A DNA stretch of 64,000 nt, from contig JAHZIB010000002.1 of assembly GCA_019419955.1 (NCBI GenBank), positions 23,825-87,824 on the forward strand. The letters run 5' to 3'. The position numbers and the translations under genes were made by a program. Positions 20,443 to 29,648 of this stretch are shown here, piece after piece. The notes beneath the pieces were generated by a model. It searched no databases. It was given only the letters and a program-made list of their open reading frames with translations, and had not been told where the DNA came from. Source of the stretch: Clostridiales bacterium (GTDB lineage: Bacteria > Bacillota > Clostridia > TANB77 > CAG-508). Each line of letters starts with the position of its first letter. Positions within the stretch are counted from its first letter, which is position 1.

Positions 20443-21633
20443 CTAATCATTACTGCACATGTGTTTTCGTGTCATTTCTAATAAATTTAATTTAGAAAAT
20501 CCAACTATTTGAGTTTTGGACCTATCTTTTTTCAAATTTTCTTCAAATAGCTCTATTATTTTCTCTTCATTATCTTTGCTTTGCATATCAATATAATCTA
20601 TTATAATTATTCCACCTATATCTCTAAGTCTTAACTGTCTTGCTATTTCTATAGTTGCCTCTTTATTCACAGTAAAAATTGTATTTTCCAAATCTTTTTT
20701 TCCCGTATACTTTCCTGAATTTACATCTATTGCCGTCAAGGCTTCAGTTTTATCAATTGTAATAAACCCACCACATTTTAGCCAAACTTTTCTATTTTCC
20801 ATATCTTCTAATTGTTTTCTCAAATCATACATATTTAAAATATCTTGTTGCAATTCTACTTTTATATCCTTATTATTTCTTTCTAGTTTTGACTTTATTT
20901 CATCATAAACCCCTTCGTTATTTGTCTTTATAGTTAATAAATCTTTATCCATAAGGTCAGTAATTACTCTTTGTGTTATATCTTCGCTTTTATATATAAG
21001 CACTGGTTCCAATCTTTCATTTTTTTTCTGCTTTGCATATTCTTTTTGTATTTCCTCATATTTTTCTATAACATTTTTCAAATCTTCTAAAATATTCTCT
21101 CTGCTTTGCCCTATTGCAGATGTTCTTATAATAGCTCCATATCCTTTATTCATATTCTCTTTTAATATTTTTTTTAGTCTTTCTCGCTCATCTTCAGAGT
21201 CTATCTTTTGTGAAATAGTAATAAACTTTTCTTCAGGAATAAGAACTATAAATCTGCCTGGAATACTTAAATGTGCAGAAATTCTTGCTCCTTTTTTATT
21301 TGTACTATCTTTTTTTACCTGAACCAAAATTGGCATTCCTGTTTTTAAATAATCTTTTATGTTATAATTTGCAAAATTCTCATTTTTATTTCCTGTTTCC
21401 AAGCTTACTTTAGGTATTATGTCTCTAATATGTATAAATGTATTTTTTTCTTTTCCTATATTAACAAAAGCTGCCTGCATTCCTGGCAAAACGTTTTCAA
21501 CAACCCCCAGGTATATGTTTCCTTCAAGTCTTTCCTTTCCTTGCTCATCAACATATCTCTCCATAAGTTTTCCATTTTCTACTAACAATATTTCTTTCTT
21601 GTCCTTTTCAACATTTACCAATAATTCTTGCAC
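20443..21633 (-). CDS. rng: Ribonuclease G/E family protein (short form)
   Basis: S1 domain GNIYLGVVENVLPGMQAAFVNIG, catalytic AIDVNSGKYTG, IIIDYIDM. Confidence 0.85.
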   Translation of the reverse strand: MQELLVNVEKDKKEILLVENGKLMERYVDEQGKERLEGNIYLGVVENVLPGMQAAFVNIGKEKNTFIHIRDIIPKVSLETGNKNENFANYNIKDYLKTGMPILVQVKKDSTNKKGARISAHLSIPGRFIVLIPEEKFITISQKIDSEDERERLKKILKENMNKGYGAIIRTSAIGQSRENILEDLKNVIEKYEEIQKEYAKQKKNERLEPVLIYKSEDITQRVITDLMDKDLLTIKTNNEGVYDEIKSKLERNNKDIKVELQQDILNMYDLRKQLEDMENRKVWLKCGGFITIDKTEALTAIDVNSGKYTGKKDLENTIFTVNKEATIEIARQLRLRDIGGIIIIDYIDMQSKDNEEKIIELFEENLKKDRSKTQIVGFSKLNLLEMTRKHMCSND

Positions 21634-21637
21634 GATT

Positions 21638-22216
21638 TTATCCTTCCTTACTTGTCTTTATATTGTATTTATTCATTGTATTATCAATTCCATTTTCTAT
21701 CCAGTATATGACTGCATCTCTTGCACTATCAACACCTTTTTGAAGTTTCAACTGCTCCTCTTTTGAAACTCTGCCTATAACATAATCTATTCTATCAAAC
21801 TCGTTCTTTGGCTTTCCTATTCCTACTCGTATTCTTGCAAATTCTTCTGAATTGAGCTCATTAATTATCGATTTCATACCATTGTGTGAACCTGCGCCAC
21901 CTTTAGCTCTAACCCTTATCTTGCCAACTTCTGTATCCATATCATCATAAATTACCAAAATGTTTTCCATTGGCATTTTATAAAAACTAACAAATGCTTC
22001 TACTGATTCACCACTATTATTCATAAAAGTTTGTGGTTTTACCAAAAAAACTTTTTTTCCTTCTACAACACCCTCACCCAAAATTGCATTAAATCTGGTT
22101 TTTTTTAGGTCAATATTTAATTCTCTTGCAATCTTATTTATAGAATCAAAACCCATGTTGTGCCTTGTATTTGCATACTCTGGCTCGGGATTTCCGAGTC
22201 CTACTATTAAATACAT
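21638..22216 (-). CDS. pth: Peptidyl-tRNA hydrolase
   Basis: LIVGLGNPEPEYANTRHNMGF, GGAGSHNGMKS. Confidence 0.95.
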   Translation of the reverse strand: MYLIVGLGNPEPEYANTRHNMGFDSINKIARELNIDLKKTRFNAILGEGVVEGKKVFLVKPQTFMNNSGESVEAFVSFYKMPMENILVIYDDMDTEVGKIRVRAKGGAGSHNGMKSIINELNSEEFARIRVGIGKPKNEFDRIDYVIGRVSKEEQLKLQKGVDSARDAVIYWIENGIDNTMNKYNIKTSKEG

Positions 22217-22253
22217 ATATAGCCACCTTTCGTATTACAATATAAGCTTTTTT

Positions 22254-22282
22254 AGTATATCACAATCCATATTTTATGTCAA
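22254..22282 (-). promoter_or_regulatory. Sigma-A type promoter upstream of pth
   Basis: Minus strand TTGACA (22277-22282), 17-nt spacer ending in TGA, then TATACT (22254-22259). Confidence 0.5.
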
Positions 22283-22341
22283 ATTTAATAGACAATAAAC
22301 TTATGTCTTAAAATAAAAACGGCTTAATTTCTCTCAAAAAA

Positions 22342-22374
22342 AACAGGTTTTCTTTCTCTTGCACAAAACCTGTT
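22342..22374 (-). terminator. Rho-independent terminator after recO
   Basis: AACAGGTTTT / AAAACCTGTT stem with a U-run of 8 on the minus strand. Confidence 0.7.
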
Positions 22375-22378
22375 TTCA

Positions 22379-23125
22379 TCAGAACAATTTATTAAGCTTA
22401 TATTCCTTATCTAGTTTCTCGTTTAAGTATAGGCTAGCTATAATCTCTAGCTCCTTTATTCCTTGCTCAGACAAGTTAAAAGAAAAAAGCTTTTTAGGTG
22501 GTGCTAATACAATATATTTTATTGCATTTAGAGTTCCTACTGAAATCTCCACAGCACCTTTATCTTGCCTACTACATATGTCACACTTCAATCCATTATT
22601 TACAAAGCTAAAATGGTTTAGAGTTACATCTGTATTTTTGCAATTTGTACATTTATTAATAATAGGAGTAAATCCTAGATAGCACATAATCTTTATCTTA
22701 AATATTGATACAATTAAATCCAGATCTTTATCTGTTTCTGAAATTACATATAAAGTGTTTAAAAATAGCTGTAATATTTTATATGTATTTTGATTTTCAT
22801 CTGTTACGTCATTAATTATTTTTGTAATATGAGAAGCATACTGAAGTTTATCCAAATCCATTCTAATATTATAGAATACTTCATTTACTTCACATGAATT
22901 TATATTATATGAACTTACTCCTTGATATACCATATAATCCCCAAAGCATAGAAATTGTGTAGCTGCCATAAGCGCACTCTTTGGTCTCCTTGCACCTTTA
23001 GCAGCACACCCTATTTTACCATTTGGAGTAAGAATTGTAACCATTTTGTCATAGTCACTCATATTATTTTCTGATATTACTATTCCCTTCACTTTCAATA
23101 TTCCCATTTTGTTTTTTCGCCTCAA
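22379..23125 (-). CDS. recO: DNA repair protein RecO
   Basis: OB-fold N-terminus (KGIVISENNMSDYDKMVTILTPNGKIGCAAKGARR) and zinc-finger CTNC...CDIC. The real start may be the MGILKV codon at 23107. Confidence 0.9.
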   Translation of the reverse strand: MRRKNKMGILKVKGIVISENNMSDYDKMVTILTPNGKIGCAAKGARRPKSALMAATQFLCFGDYMVYQGVSSYNINSCEVNEVFYNIRMDLDKLQYASHITKIINDVTDENQNTYKILQLFLNTLYVISETDKDLDLIVSIFKIKIMCYLGFTPIINKCTNCKNTDVTLNHFSFVNNGLKCDICSRQDKGAVEISVGTLNAIKYIVLAPPKKLFSFNLSEQGIKELEIIASLYLNEKLDKEYKLNKLF

Positions 23126-23222
23126 CCATATTTTTTTCTACATTCTCCACTTCCATAAGCTCCAGAAATGTATTTATATCTCCGGTATTCTTAAAAGTAT
23201 TCCAAGCCATTTGTTTTATCAT
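23064..23222 (-). CDS. YqzL-like small protein (52 aa), not in the ORF track
   Basis: Translation MIKQMAWNTFKNTGDINTFLELMEVENVEKNMVEAKKQNGNIESEGNSNIRK. It occupies the era-recO position of YqzL, has the W..F..TG.I..(Y/F)L motif, and GGAGA lies 8 nt upstream. Overlaps the recO 5' end. Confidence 0.5.
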   Translation of the reverse strand: MIKQMAWNTFKNTGDINTFLELMEVENVEKNMVEAKKQNGNIESEGNSNIRK

Positions 23223-23339
23223 GCTAATCATCTCCATTTCATAAAGTTATCCGCAAACATAAAATTGTCTGCCTTTCTTTATTTTATCTTTTGCAAATTT
23301 TAAAAAAATATACACTAAATTTTAGTTGTTTTTTCTTAA

Positions 23340-23590
23340 ACTTAAGTTAAAAAAGCAAGCAGTAATTAAAATACAAAGTTTAACTTATTTACTATTAGAG
23401 TAAAAAGAAACGAGTATTGCTAGGCGAACAAATAAAAATTTTTTATATGAATTTTAGTCGTTTCTATATTATACTTAGGCTAAAAAGAAGCAAGCAGTAC
23501 TAGGCAAAATTAAATTAAAATGCGGAAACGTACTTTGTGTACGTTGAGCAATTTTCATTTAATTTTAACAACGTAATGCGCCGCTTATTT
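23340..23590 (+). repeat. Cluster of three repeat units (R4-0 truncated, R4a core-deleted, R4b complete) directly downstream of the era stop
   Basis: R4b: AGTACTAGGCAAAATTAAATTAAAATGCGGAAACGTACTTTGTGTACGTTGAGCAATTTTCATTTAATTTTAACAACGTAATGCG. R4a: AGAAACGAGTATTGCTAGGCGAACAAATAAAAATTTTTT...TCGTTTCT. The cluster ends one nt before the era stop at 23591. Confidence 0.8.
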
Positions 23591-24484
23591 TTAGTCCAAG
23601 CGGAAAGATTTGATAAACTTATCACTATTAATCCAATCCTCCCTAACCTTAACCCATATTTTAAGATTTATTTTAATATTTAACATCTTTTCTAAATCCT
23701 GCCTTGCAAAAGTTCCTATTCTCTTTAGCATACTTCCATTTTTCCCTATAATTATGCCTTTATGTGAAGCTCTTAAGCAATAAATAGTTGCCTCTATATT
23801 GTAGATTGGTTCATTTCCTATTGTCTTTCTTTTTTTCATTTTTTCAACTTGTACTAGAATTCCATGAGGAACTTCATCATCCAAAAGCTTCAATGCTTTC
23901 TCTCTTATTGTTTCTTCTACTAACTGTCTTGTAGTTTGATCTGTATATTCTTCTATATCATAATATGCAGGTCCTTCATTTAGGTTCTTCTCTATTTCAT
24001 CTAATATAGCATCTAAGTTTATATTTTTTACTGTTGATACTGGTATTATACTCGCAAAATCATATTCATCTTTGTATAATTCTATTAATTTTGCAACTTT
24101 TGCTTTATCAACTAAATCTACCTTATTTATTACCAAAATAGTTTTCTTATTAGCCTGTTTTATTTTTTCTAAAATTAGCTTGTCCCCTTTTCCAATATCA
24201 TCTGATGTAGCTTCCACTACAAAAACTACAACATCAACATCTCTTGATACTTCAAAAGCATTATCTACCATTACGTTTCCTAATTTCGACTTTGGTTTAT
24301 GAATTCCAGGAGTATCTATGAAAATTATTTGAGAATTAGGTCTATTTACTATTGCACGTATTACTGTTCTTGTAGTCTGAGGTTTATTTGCAATTGCGGC
24401 AACCTTCTCTCCAACTAAGCTATTAATTATACTAGATTTTCCTACATTTGTTCTACCAAGAATTGATACAAACCCTGATTTCAT
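23591..24484 (-). CDS. era: GTPase Era
   Basis: G1 GRTNVGKSS, DTPG, NKVD, C-terminal KH domain. Confidence 0.95.
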   Translation of the reverse strand: MKSGFVSILGRTNVGKSSIINSLVGEKVAAIANKPQTTRTVIRAIVNRPNSQIIFIDTPGIHKPKSKLGNVMVDNAFEVSRDVDVVVFVVEATSDDIGKGDKLILEKIKQANKKTILVINKVDLVDKAKVAKLIELYKDEYDFASIIPVSTVKNINLDAILDEIEKNLNEGPAYYDIEEYTDQTTRQLVEETIREKALKLLDDEVPHGILVQVEKMKKRKTIGNEPIYNIEATIYCLRASHKGIIIGKNGSMLKRIGTFARQDLEKMLNIKINLKIWVKVREDWINSDKFIKSFRLD

Positions 24485-24505
24485 CTATTTCCTCCTCATA
24501 TTATC

Positions 24506-24630
24506 GCTACGAAATATGAAATTAAAGTATAAACAATAGGGGTTAATGGTTTTAAAATATAATTGTCCTGCAACGTGAGTTCCATTAACCTTTAACCAAT
24601 AAGGTACTTTAACTTTCTTATTCGTAACAC
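24506..24630. repeat. Long imperfect palindrome carrying the AATTGTCCTGCAACGTGAGTTC motif (copy A)
   Basis: Outer arms GCTACGAAATATGAAATTAAAGTA / TACTTTAACTTTCTTATTCGTAAC (17/24 complementary). Inner stem GGTTAATGG / CCATTAACC. The 22-mer at 24561-24582 recurs 20/22 at 57532-57553. Confidence 0.55.
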
Positions 24631-24823
24631 ACATTTAGCATTATACTTCTTTTAGTATACATTTTTTGTAGAAAAAAGCAAATGACTTTTATGAATTTTT
24701 CGCCATTTTTCTCTTGATTTTTTAATGATAACCAGCTCCACATAGGACACATATTTTTTATGCGAAAACTTGGGGAACACAAAATATGTGGATTAACAAA
24801 ATGGAGTGGATTTTATATACAAT

Positions 24824-26563
24824 TTATATCCTATACTCTTTCATTGGAGTATAATATGTATGCAAAAGTTCATGTGCCTTGTGTTCTCCTGGTTTGCCAA
24901 GATATTCCTTATAAATCTGTTGTAATACTGGGTTTTCATGAGATTTCCTTATTGTGCTTTTTTCATCTATAGAATACATAGCTTCTGCTCTTTTTCCTCT
25001 TACATCCAATGTCATTCTCGTTTTAGAGTTTTTAATTGGCTGTCCTCCCCCCATTATACATCCACCAGGACATGCCATAACTTCAACAAAACTATAATCA
25101 GCTGTGCCGTTCTTTATTTCTTCCATAACCTTCCTAGCATTGCTTAACCCATGTGCAATTGCCACTTTTACTTCTTTTTCTCCAATTTGAATAGTTGCTT
25201 TTTTTAGTCCTTTTTCCCCTCTAACATCTTCAAACTCAATTTTTTCTAAGTTTTCTCCTGTTATTAACTCATAGGCTGTGCGAAGTGCCGCTTCCATAAC
25301 TCCTCCAGTAACGCCAAATATTGCTGCTGCACCTGTTGCTTCACCCATTGGACTATCAAAAGTATCATCTTCTAATTTTTCAAACTCAATATTTGCCTGT
25401 TTAATCATTCTAGCAAGCTCACGTGTAGTTATTACAGCATCCACATTCCAAAGTTCGTTATTTTTCATTTCTTCTCTTTGTCTTTCATATTTTTTTGCAA
25501 TACATGGCATAACTGAAACTACATATATTTTTTTTGGATCTATGTTATTTTTTTCAGCGAAATAAGATTTTATAATTGCTCCAAACATTTCATGTGGTGA
25601 TTTACAGCTAGATAAATGTGGTAAATTTTCTGGATATTCCATCTCTGCAAATCTTACCCACCCTGGGCAACATGATGTTGCCATCGGTAAATTATCATTC
25701 TCTTTAAATCTTTTTACAAACTCTGCCGCCTCTTCCATAATTGTAAAATCCGCTCCTGTATTTGTGTCAAAGACTTTATCAAAGCCTAAATGCTTTAGTG
25801 CTGAAATCATTTTTCCTGTAACATTTGTGCCTATTTCCATTCCAAATTCTTCGCCAAGTGCTACCCTTACGGATGGAGCTGTTTGAACCACCACATATGT
25901 ATCTGGGTCTTTTAATTTTGCCCATACATCATTAATATTCTCTTTTTCGTGAAGAGCACCTGTTGGACATGACTCAATACATTGCCCACAAAATGTACAA
26001 TTTACATCATTCAAACTGTGGTCATATGTTGTAGAAATACAAGATTCAAAACCTCTATTAATACAATCTATAGCTCCGATATTTTGCATGTTTTTACAAG
26101 TTGCAACACATCTTCTGCACAAAATACACTTATTGAAATCTCTAACGATTGCAGGAGATTTATCATCTATTTTATGCTCTGTTCTCTCTCCTTTAAACTC
26201 TATATCTAAAACATTAAATTTTATTGCTAAATCTTGGAGTTCACAATTACCAGAACGTGTACAAGTTAAACAATCCTTTGAATGATTAGATATAATTAAA
26301 TCCAATATTGCATGTCTTGCCTCCAAAACATTTCTTGTATGAGTGTGAACTATCATACCTTCCTCAACCTTTTGTATACAAGAAGTAGCAAATCCACGAC
26401 GCCCCTCTACTTCAACAATACACATCCTGCAATCTCCGACTTCATTGATATCCTTTAAGAAACACAATGTTGGAATATCTATTCCAGCTTGTTTTGCTGC
26501 ATCTAATATGGTTGTACCCTCTGGTACACAAACTTTTTTATCATCAATTTTTAAATTAACCAT
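24824..26563 (-). CDS. hydA: [FeFe] hydrogenase catalytic subunit (HydA, NuoG-like N-terminus)
   Basis: H-cluster motifs TSCCPGW, MPCIAKKYE, EVMACPGGCIMGGGQP. N-terminal 2Fe-2S and 4Fe-4S cysteine clusters. Confidence 0.95.
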   Translation of the reverse strand: MVNLKIDDKKVCVPEGTTILDAAKQAGIDIPTLCFLKDINEVGDCRMCIVEVEGRRGFATSCIQKVEEGMIVHTHTRNVLEARHAILDLIISNHSKDCLTCTRSGNCELQDLAIKFNVLDIEFKGERTEHKIDDKSPAIVRDFNKCILCRRCVATCKNMQNIGAIDCINRGFESCISTTYDHSLNDVNCTFCGQCIESCPTGALHEKENINDVWAKLKDPDTYVVVQTAPSVRVALGEEFGMEIGTNVTGKMISALKHLGFDKVFDTNTGADFTIMEEAAEFVKRFKENDNLPMATSCCPGWVRFAEMEYPENLPHLSSCKSPHEMFGAIIKSYFAEKNNIDPKKIYVVSVMPCIAKKYERQREEMKNNELWNVDAVITTRELARMIKQANIEFEKLEDDTFDSPMGEATGAAAIFGVTGGVMEAALRTAYELITGENLEKIEFEDVRGEKGLKKATIQIGEKEVKVAIAHGLSNARKVMEEIKNGTADYSFVEVMACPGGCIMGGGQPIKNSKTRMTLDVRGKRAEAMYSIDEKSTIRKSHENPVLQQIYKEYLGKPGEHKAHELLHTYYTPMKEYRI

Positions 26564-26660
26564 TATTTCCTCCTTTTTTCTTTTTGGGGATAGATCTCAC
26601 AACGAATTTTTTTTCGTTTTTTGGACACATCTTATCTCTATTATATTAATTTTCAAAAAA

Positions 26661-26750
26661 CAATTAATGCTAGGAAAAATTTAGTAAAAAATCGCAGGCG
26701 TACTTTGTGTACATCGAGGATTTTTTATCTAAATTTGGGCAACGCAATAC
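26661..26750 (+). repeat. Structured intergenic repeat, copy R5a (hydB-hydA spacer)
   Basis: ATGCTAGGAAAAATTTAGTAAAAAATCGCAGGCGTACTTTGTGTACATCGAGGATTTTTTATCTAAATTTGGGCAACGCAATACG. Confidence 0.8.
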
Positions 26751-26781
26751 GAAGCCTATTTTGAAAATTCCCAGGCTTAAT

Positions 26782-26890
26782 CAAAAGCGAGTATTACTAG
26801 GAAAGCTAGCTAAAAATTTTGAGATAGTACATAGGTACATCGAAAAATTTTTTGCGACGCTTGACAACGTAAGACGATGCTTTTCATTAA
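26782..26890 (+). repeat. Structured intergenic repeat, copy R5b (tandem to R5a; ends 3 nt before the hydB stop)
   Basis: AAAAGCGAGTATTACTAGGAAAG...AAAAATTTTGAGATAGTACATAGGTACATCGAAAAATTTTTT...TTGACAACGTAAGACGATGCTTTT. The core is nearly identical to R1. Confidence 0.8.
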
Positions 26891-26892
26891 GC

Positions 26893-28749
26893 CTACCCAA
26901 TTGCATGGAACGGACACGTACGTACACAAGTCGTACACTTAATACACTTATCCTGATTTATGTGTCTCTTTTCTCTTCCTTCTCCTTCAATTGCATTTAC
27001 AGGACAATTTTTTTGGCACAATCCACAAGCTTTGCACTTTTCCTCATCAATCTCTATTCTGGATAATGCTTTACACTCCATTGCTTTACATTCTTTTTCA
27101 ATAGCATGCTGTCTAAACTCTTCCCTAAAATATTTCATTGTACTAATTACAGGATTTGGAGCACTTTGTCCTAATCCACATACACTAGCTTTTTTTACAT
27201 TGGCTGCCAGTTTTTCTAATCTATATATATCATATTCGTCTCCTTCTCCATTGCATAATTTTTCTAGAATTTCGAGCATTCTTTTGGTTCCAATTCTGCA
27301 TGGTGTACATTTTCCGCAACTTTCACTTACTGTGAATTGTAGATAGAATTTTGCTAGACATACCATGCACTTTGTATCATCCATTACTATTAGTCCACCA
27401 GACCCCATCATTGAACCTATTTCTTTTAAAGATTCGTAATCAATCGGTGTATCCAAATGTTCTTTTGGTATACATCCTCCTGATGGTCCACCTGTTTGAG
27501 CTGCTTTAAACTCTCTGCCATTTGGTATTCCTCCACCTATATCAAACACTATTTCTCTTAAAGTTGTACCCATTGGCACTTCTACCAATCCTACATTATT
27601 TACATTGCCACCTAATGCAAATACTTTTGTACCTTTTGAGGTCTCGGTTCCTATACTAGAATACCATTCTGGCCCTTTTAATATTATTTGAGTAATATTT
27701 GCAAATGTCTCAACATTATTAATTAATGTAGGACATTCCCATAAACCTTTTTGAGCTGGATATGGTGGCTTTACTCTAGGTTGGCCTCTCTTTCCTTCTA
27801 TAGATTCTAATAGTGCTGTTTCTTCCCCACAAACAAATGCTCCTGCGCCTAATCTTATTTCAATGTCAAAACTGAAATTTGTTCCAAATATATTTTGTCC
27901 AAGTATTCCATATTTTCTTGCCTGATCAATTGCAATTTGAAGCCTTCGAACAGCAATTGGATATTCAGCTCTAACATATATATACCCTTTTTGAGCTCCT
28001 ATGGCATATCCTGCAATCTCCATTGCTTCTAACACTGCATGTGGGTCGCCTTCTAAAATACTTCTATCCATAAATGCTCCTGGGTCGCCTTCATCTGCAT
28101 TACAAACCACATATTTTTTATCTCCAACCGCTTCCTTAGTACTCTTCCATTTTTTTCCTGTTGGAAAACCAGCTCCACCTCTGCCTCTTAATCCAGCTTT
28201 CTCTATAGTTTCAATGACCTCATCTGAGCTCATTTCAAAAAGTACTCTACCTAAGGCTCTATATCCATCAAATGCTATATATTCATCTATGTTCTCTGGA
28301 TTAATCACACCACAGTTTTTAAGAGCAATTCTCTTTTGTTTTTTATAAAAGTTTAAGTCGTCAAGCTTAATTACTTTTTTTCCATCTACATCTTTGCAGA
28401 GTAATCTCTCAACCACCTTTCCACCCATTATGTGTGACTCAATTATTTCTTTGCAATCATCAGGTGTAACCATTGCATAAAAAGTATCTTCTGGTCTTAT
28501 AATCACAATTGGACCTTTAGCACATAAACCAAAACAGCCTGTTTTAATGACTCTTACGTTTTTTAGTTCTTTTTCCTTTATTAACTTATTAAAATTCTCT
28601 AGAATTTGTGGTGATTTTGACGATGTACAACCAGTTCCATGACAAACCAATATATGCTTTTCTCTAGTATCTGCTTCCGTATTTTTCCTCAAATCTAATT
28701 CTACTTTTTTTTCAACTCTTATTTTATTCAATTCCTCTATAGTTTTCAT
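26893..28749 (-). CDS. hydB: NADH-binding hydrogenase subunit, NuoF-like (HydB)
   Basis: GRGGAGFPTGKKW FMN/NADH motif, SLBB domain, N-terminal thioredoxin-like 2Fe-2S, two C-terminal 4Fe-4S ferredoxin motifs. Confidence 0.93.
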   Translation of the reverse strand: MKTIEELNKIRVEKKVELDLRKNTEADTREKHILVCHGTGCTSSKSPQILENFNKLIKEKELKNVRVIKTGCFGLCAKGPIVIIRPEDTFYAMVTPDDCKEIIESHIMGGKVVERLLCKDVDGKKVIKLDDLNFYKKQKRIALKNCGVINPENIDEYIAFDGYRALGRVLFEMSSDEVIETIEKAGLRGRGGAGFPTGKKWKSTKEAVGDKKYVVCNADEGDPGAFMDRSILEGDPHAVLEAMEIAGYAIGAQKGYIYVRAEYPIAVRRLQIAIDQARKYGILGQNIFGTNFSFDIEIRLGAGAFVCGEETALLESIEGKRGQPRVKPPYPAQKGLWECPTLINNVETFANITQIILKGPEWYSSIGTETSKGTKVFALGGNVNNVGLVEVPMGTTLREIVFDIGGGIPNGREFKAAQTGGPSGGCIPKEHLDTPIDYESLKEIGSMMGSGGLIVMDDTKCMVCLAKFYLQFTVSESCGKCTPCRIGTKRMLEILEKLCNGEGDEYDIYRLEKLAANVKKASVCGLGQSAPNPVISTMKYFREEFRQHAIEKECKAMECKALSRIEIDEEKCKACGLCQKNCPVNAIEGEGREKRHINQDKCIKCTTCVRTCPFHAIG

Positions 28750-28826
28750 TTAAGCCCTCCTTTTAACTTACAAATTACTTCTTAATTATTTGGCTAGTAA
28801 TTAATAATCTTCCCTGTTTTAACTTG

Positions 28827-29016
28827 AAAAATAATTAGTATATTGCTAGACGAAATCCATGTCCTCGCTTTGCTCGGACGGTCCAAGGTAGCCTAACCTT
28901 GTTGCTCCGGAAATTTCTAACGAATTTTTCTATGTAATAAAAAAGCGCAGGCATGCTTTTTGCACATTGAGTATTTTTATCTAAATTTCAACAAAACAAG
29001 ATGCTGATTATTTTTC
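28827..29016 (+). repeat. Structured intergenic repeat, copy R6, with GC-rich insert (hydC-hydB spacer)
   Basis: Outer stem AAAATAATTAGT / GCTGATTATTTT; head TTGCTAGACGAAA. GC-rich module at 28861-28915. Core GCGCAGGCATGCTTTTTGCACATTGAGTA; tail TTCAACAAAACAAGATGCTG. Overlaps the hydC stop at 29008-29010. Confidence 0.75.
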
Positions 29017-29484
29017 AAGTTTGTCTAAAATCTCATCAAGTTTCTTCACAGTTGCATGACCATAAACTTCTCCATTAACTGTAAATACTGGCGCTATTCC
29101 ACATGCTCCAACACATCTTGTTGTATCTATTGAAAATTTGCCATCACTACTCGTTTGCCCTTCTTCTAATTTTAACCTTTCCTTTAATCTATCCAATATT
29201 GCTTGTGAACCTTTAACAAAGCATGCTGTTCCTAAGCAGACTGAAATATTGTATTTTCCCTTTGGTTCTAATGTAAATCTTGCATAAAATGTAATAACCC
29301 CATAAATCTCCGCCATAGGAATATTCAAATACTTCGATATTTCCATTTGTGCAATTTTAGGAATATATCCGTACTTTTCTTGTACTTCATTTAATATCTG
29401 TATTAAATTATCTTTTTCCTGTTTATATGGTTTCATAATTTCATTTACTTCTTGTATTATTCTTTTTTCAACATACTCACACAT
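29008..29484 (-). CDS. hydC: NuoE-like 2Fe-2S hydrogenase subunit (HydC)
   Basis: Thioredoxin-like ferredoxin cysteines CLGTAC...CVGACGIAP. Confidence 0.9.
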   Translation of the reverse strand: MCEYVEKRIIQEVNEIMKPYKQEKDNLIQILNEVQEKYGYIPKIAQMEISKYLNIPMAEIYGVITFYARFTLEPKGKYNISVCLGTACFVKGSQAILDRLKERLKLEEGQTSSDGKFSIDTTRCVGACGIAPVFTVNGEVYGHATVKKLDEILDKLEK

Positions 29485-29648
29485 CTTTTATCAATCCTTT
29501 CTCAATCCCGTCTTCTTAATTATATGCTTGTATTATATCAAATAGATTGACTTTATACAATCAATTTTCGACATTTTGTGAGTTTTTATCTGAAACTCGC
29601 AAAAAAAGAAAACATACAAAGCCAGTTTATATTTTTGTATGCTTTCTT

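Noticed and set aside
26707-27066. 119-aa plus-strand ORF spanning the hydB-hydA spacer
   Set aside because: It is composed of repeat copies R5a/R5b read through by chance and then runs antisense into hydB. It has no RBS, and the same repeat in other copies is not open in that frame. ORF 16596-16790 on repeat R3 and ORF 8050-8394 starting in R2 are rejected likewise.
6075-29016. Possibility that the recurring intergenic repeats form a CRISPR array
   Set aside because: The copies are 2-10 kb apart, lie in separate intergenic regions and are long imperfect palindromes of variable length. There are no regularly spaced short spacers and no cas genes.
29560-29600. Possible Rex-type operator near the hydrogenase promoter (TTGTGAG...) and near pflB (TTCACA...TGTGAA)
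   Set aside because: Neither site has the TTGTGAA-N6-TTCACAA spacing and orientation of Rex boxes. The pflB site is better explained as the stem of palindrome copy B.
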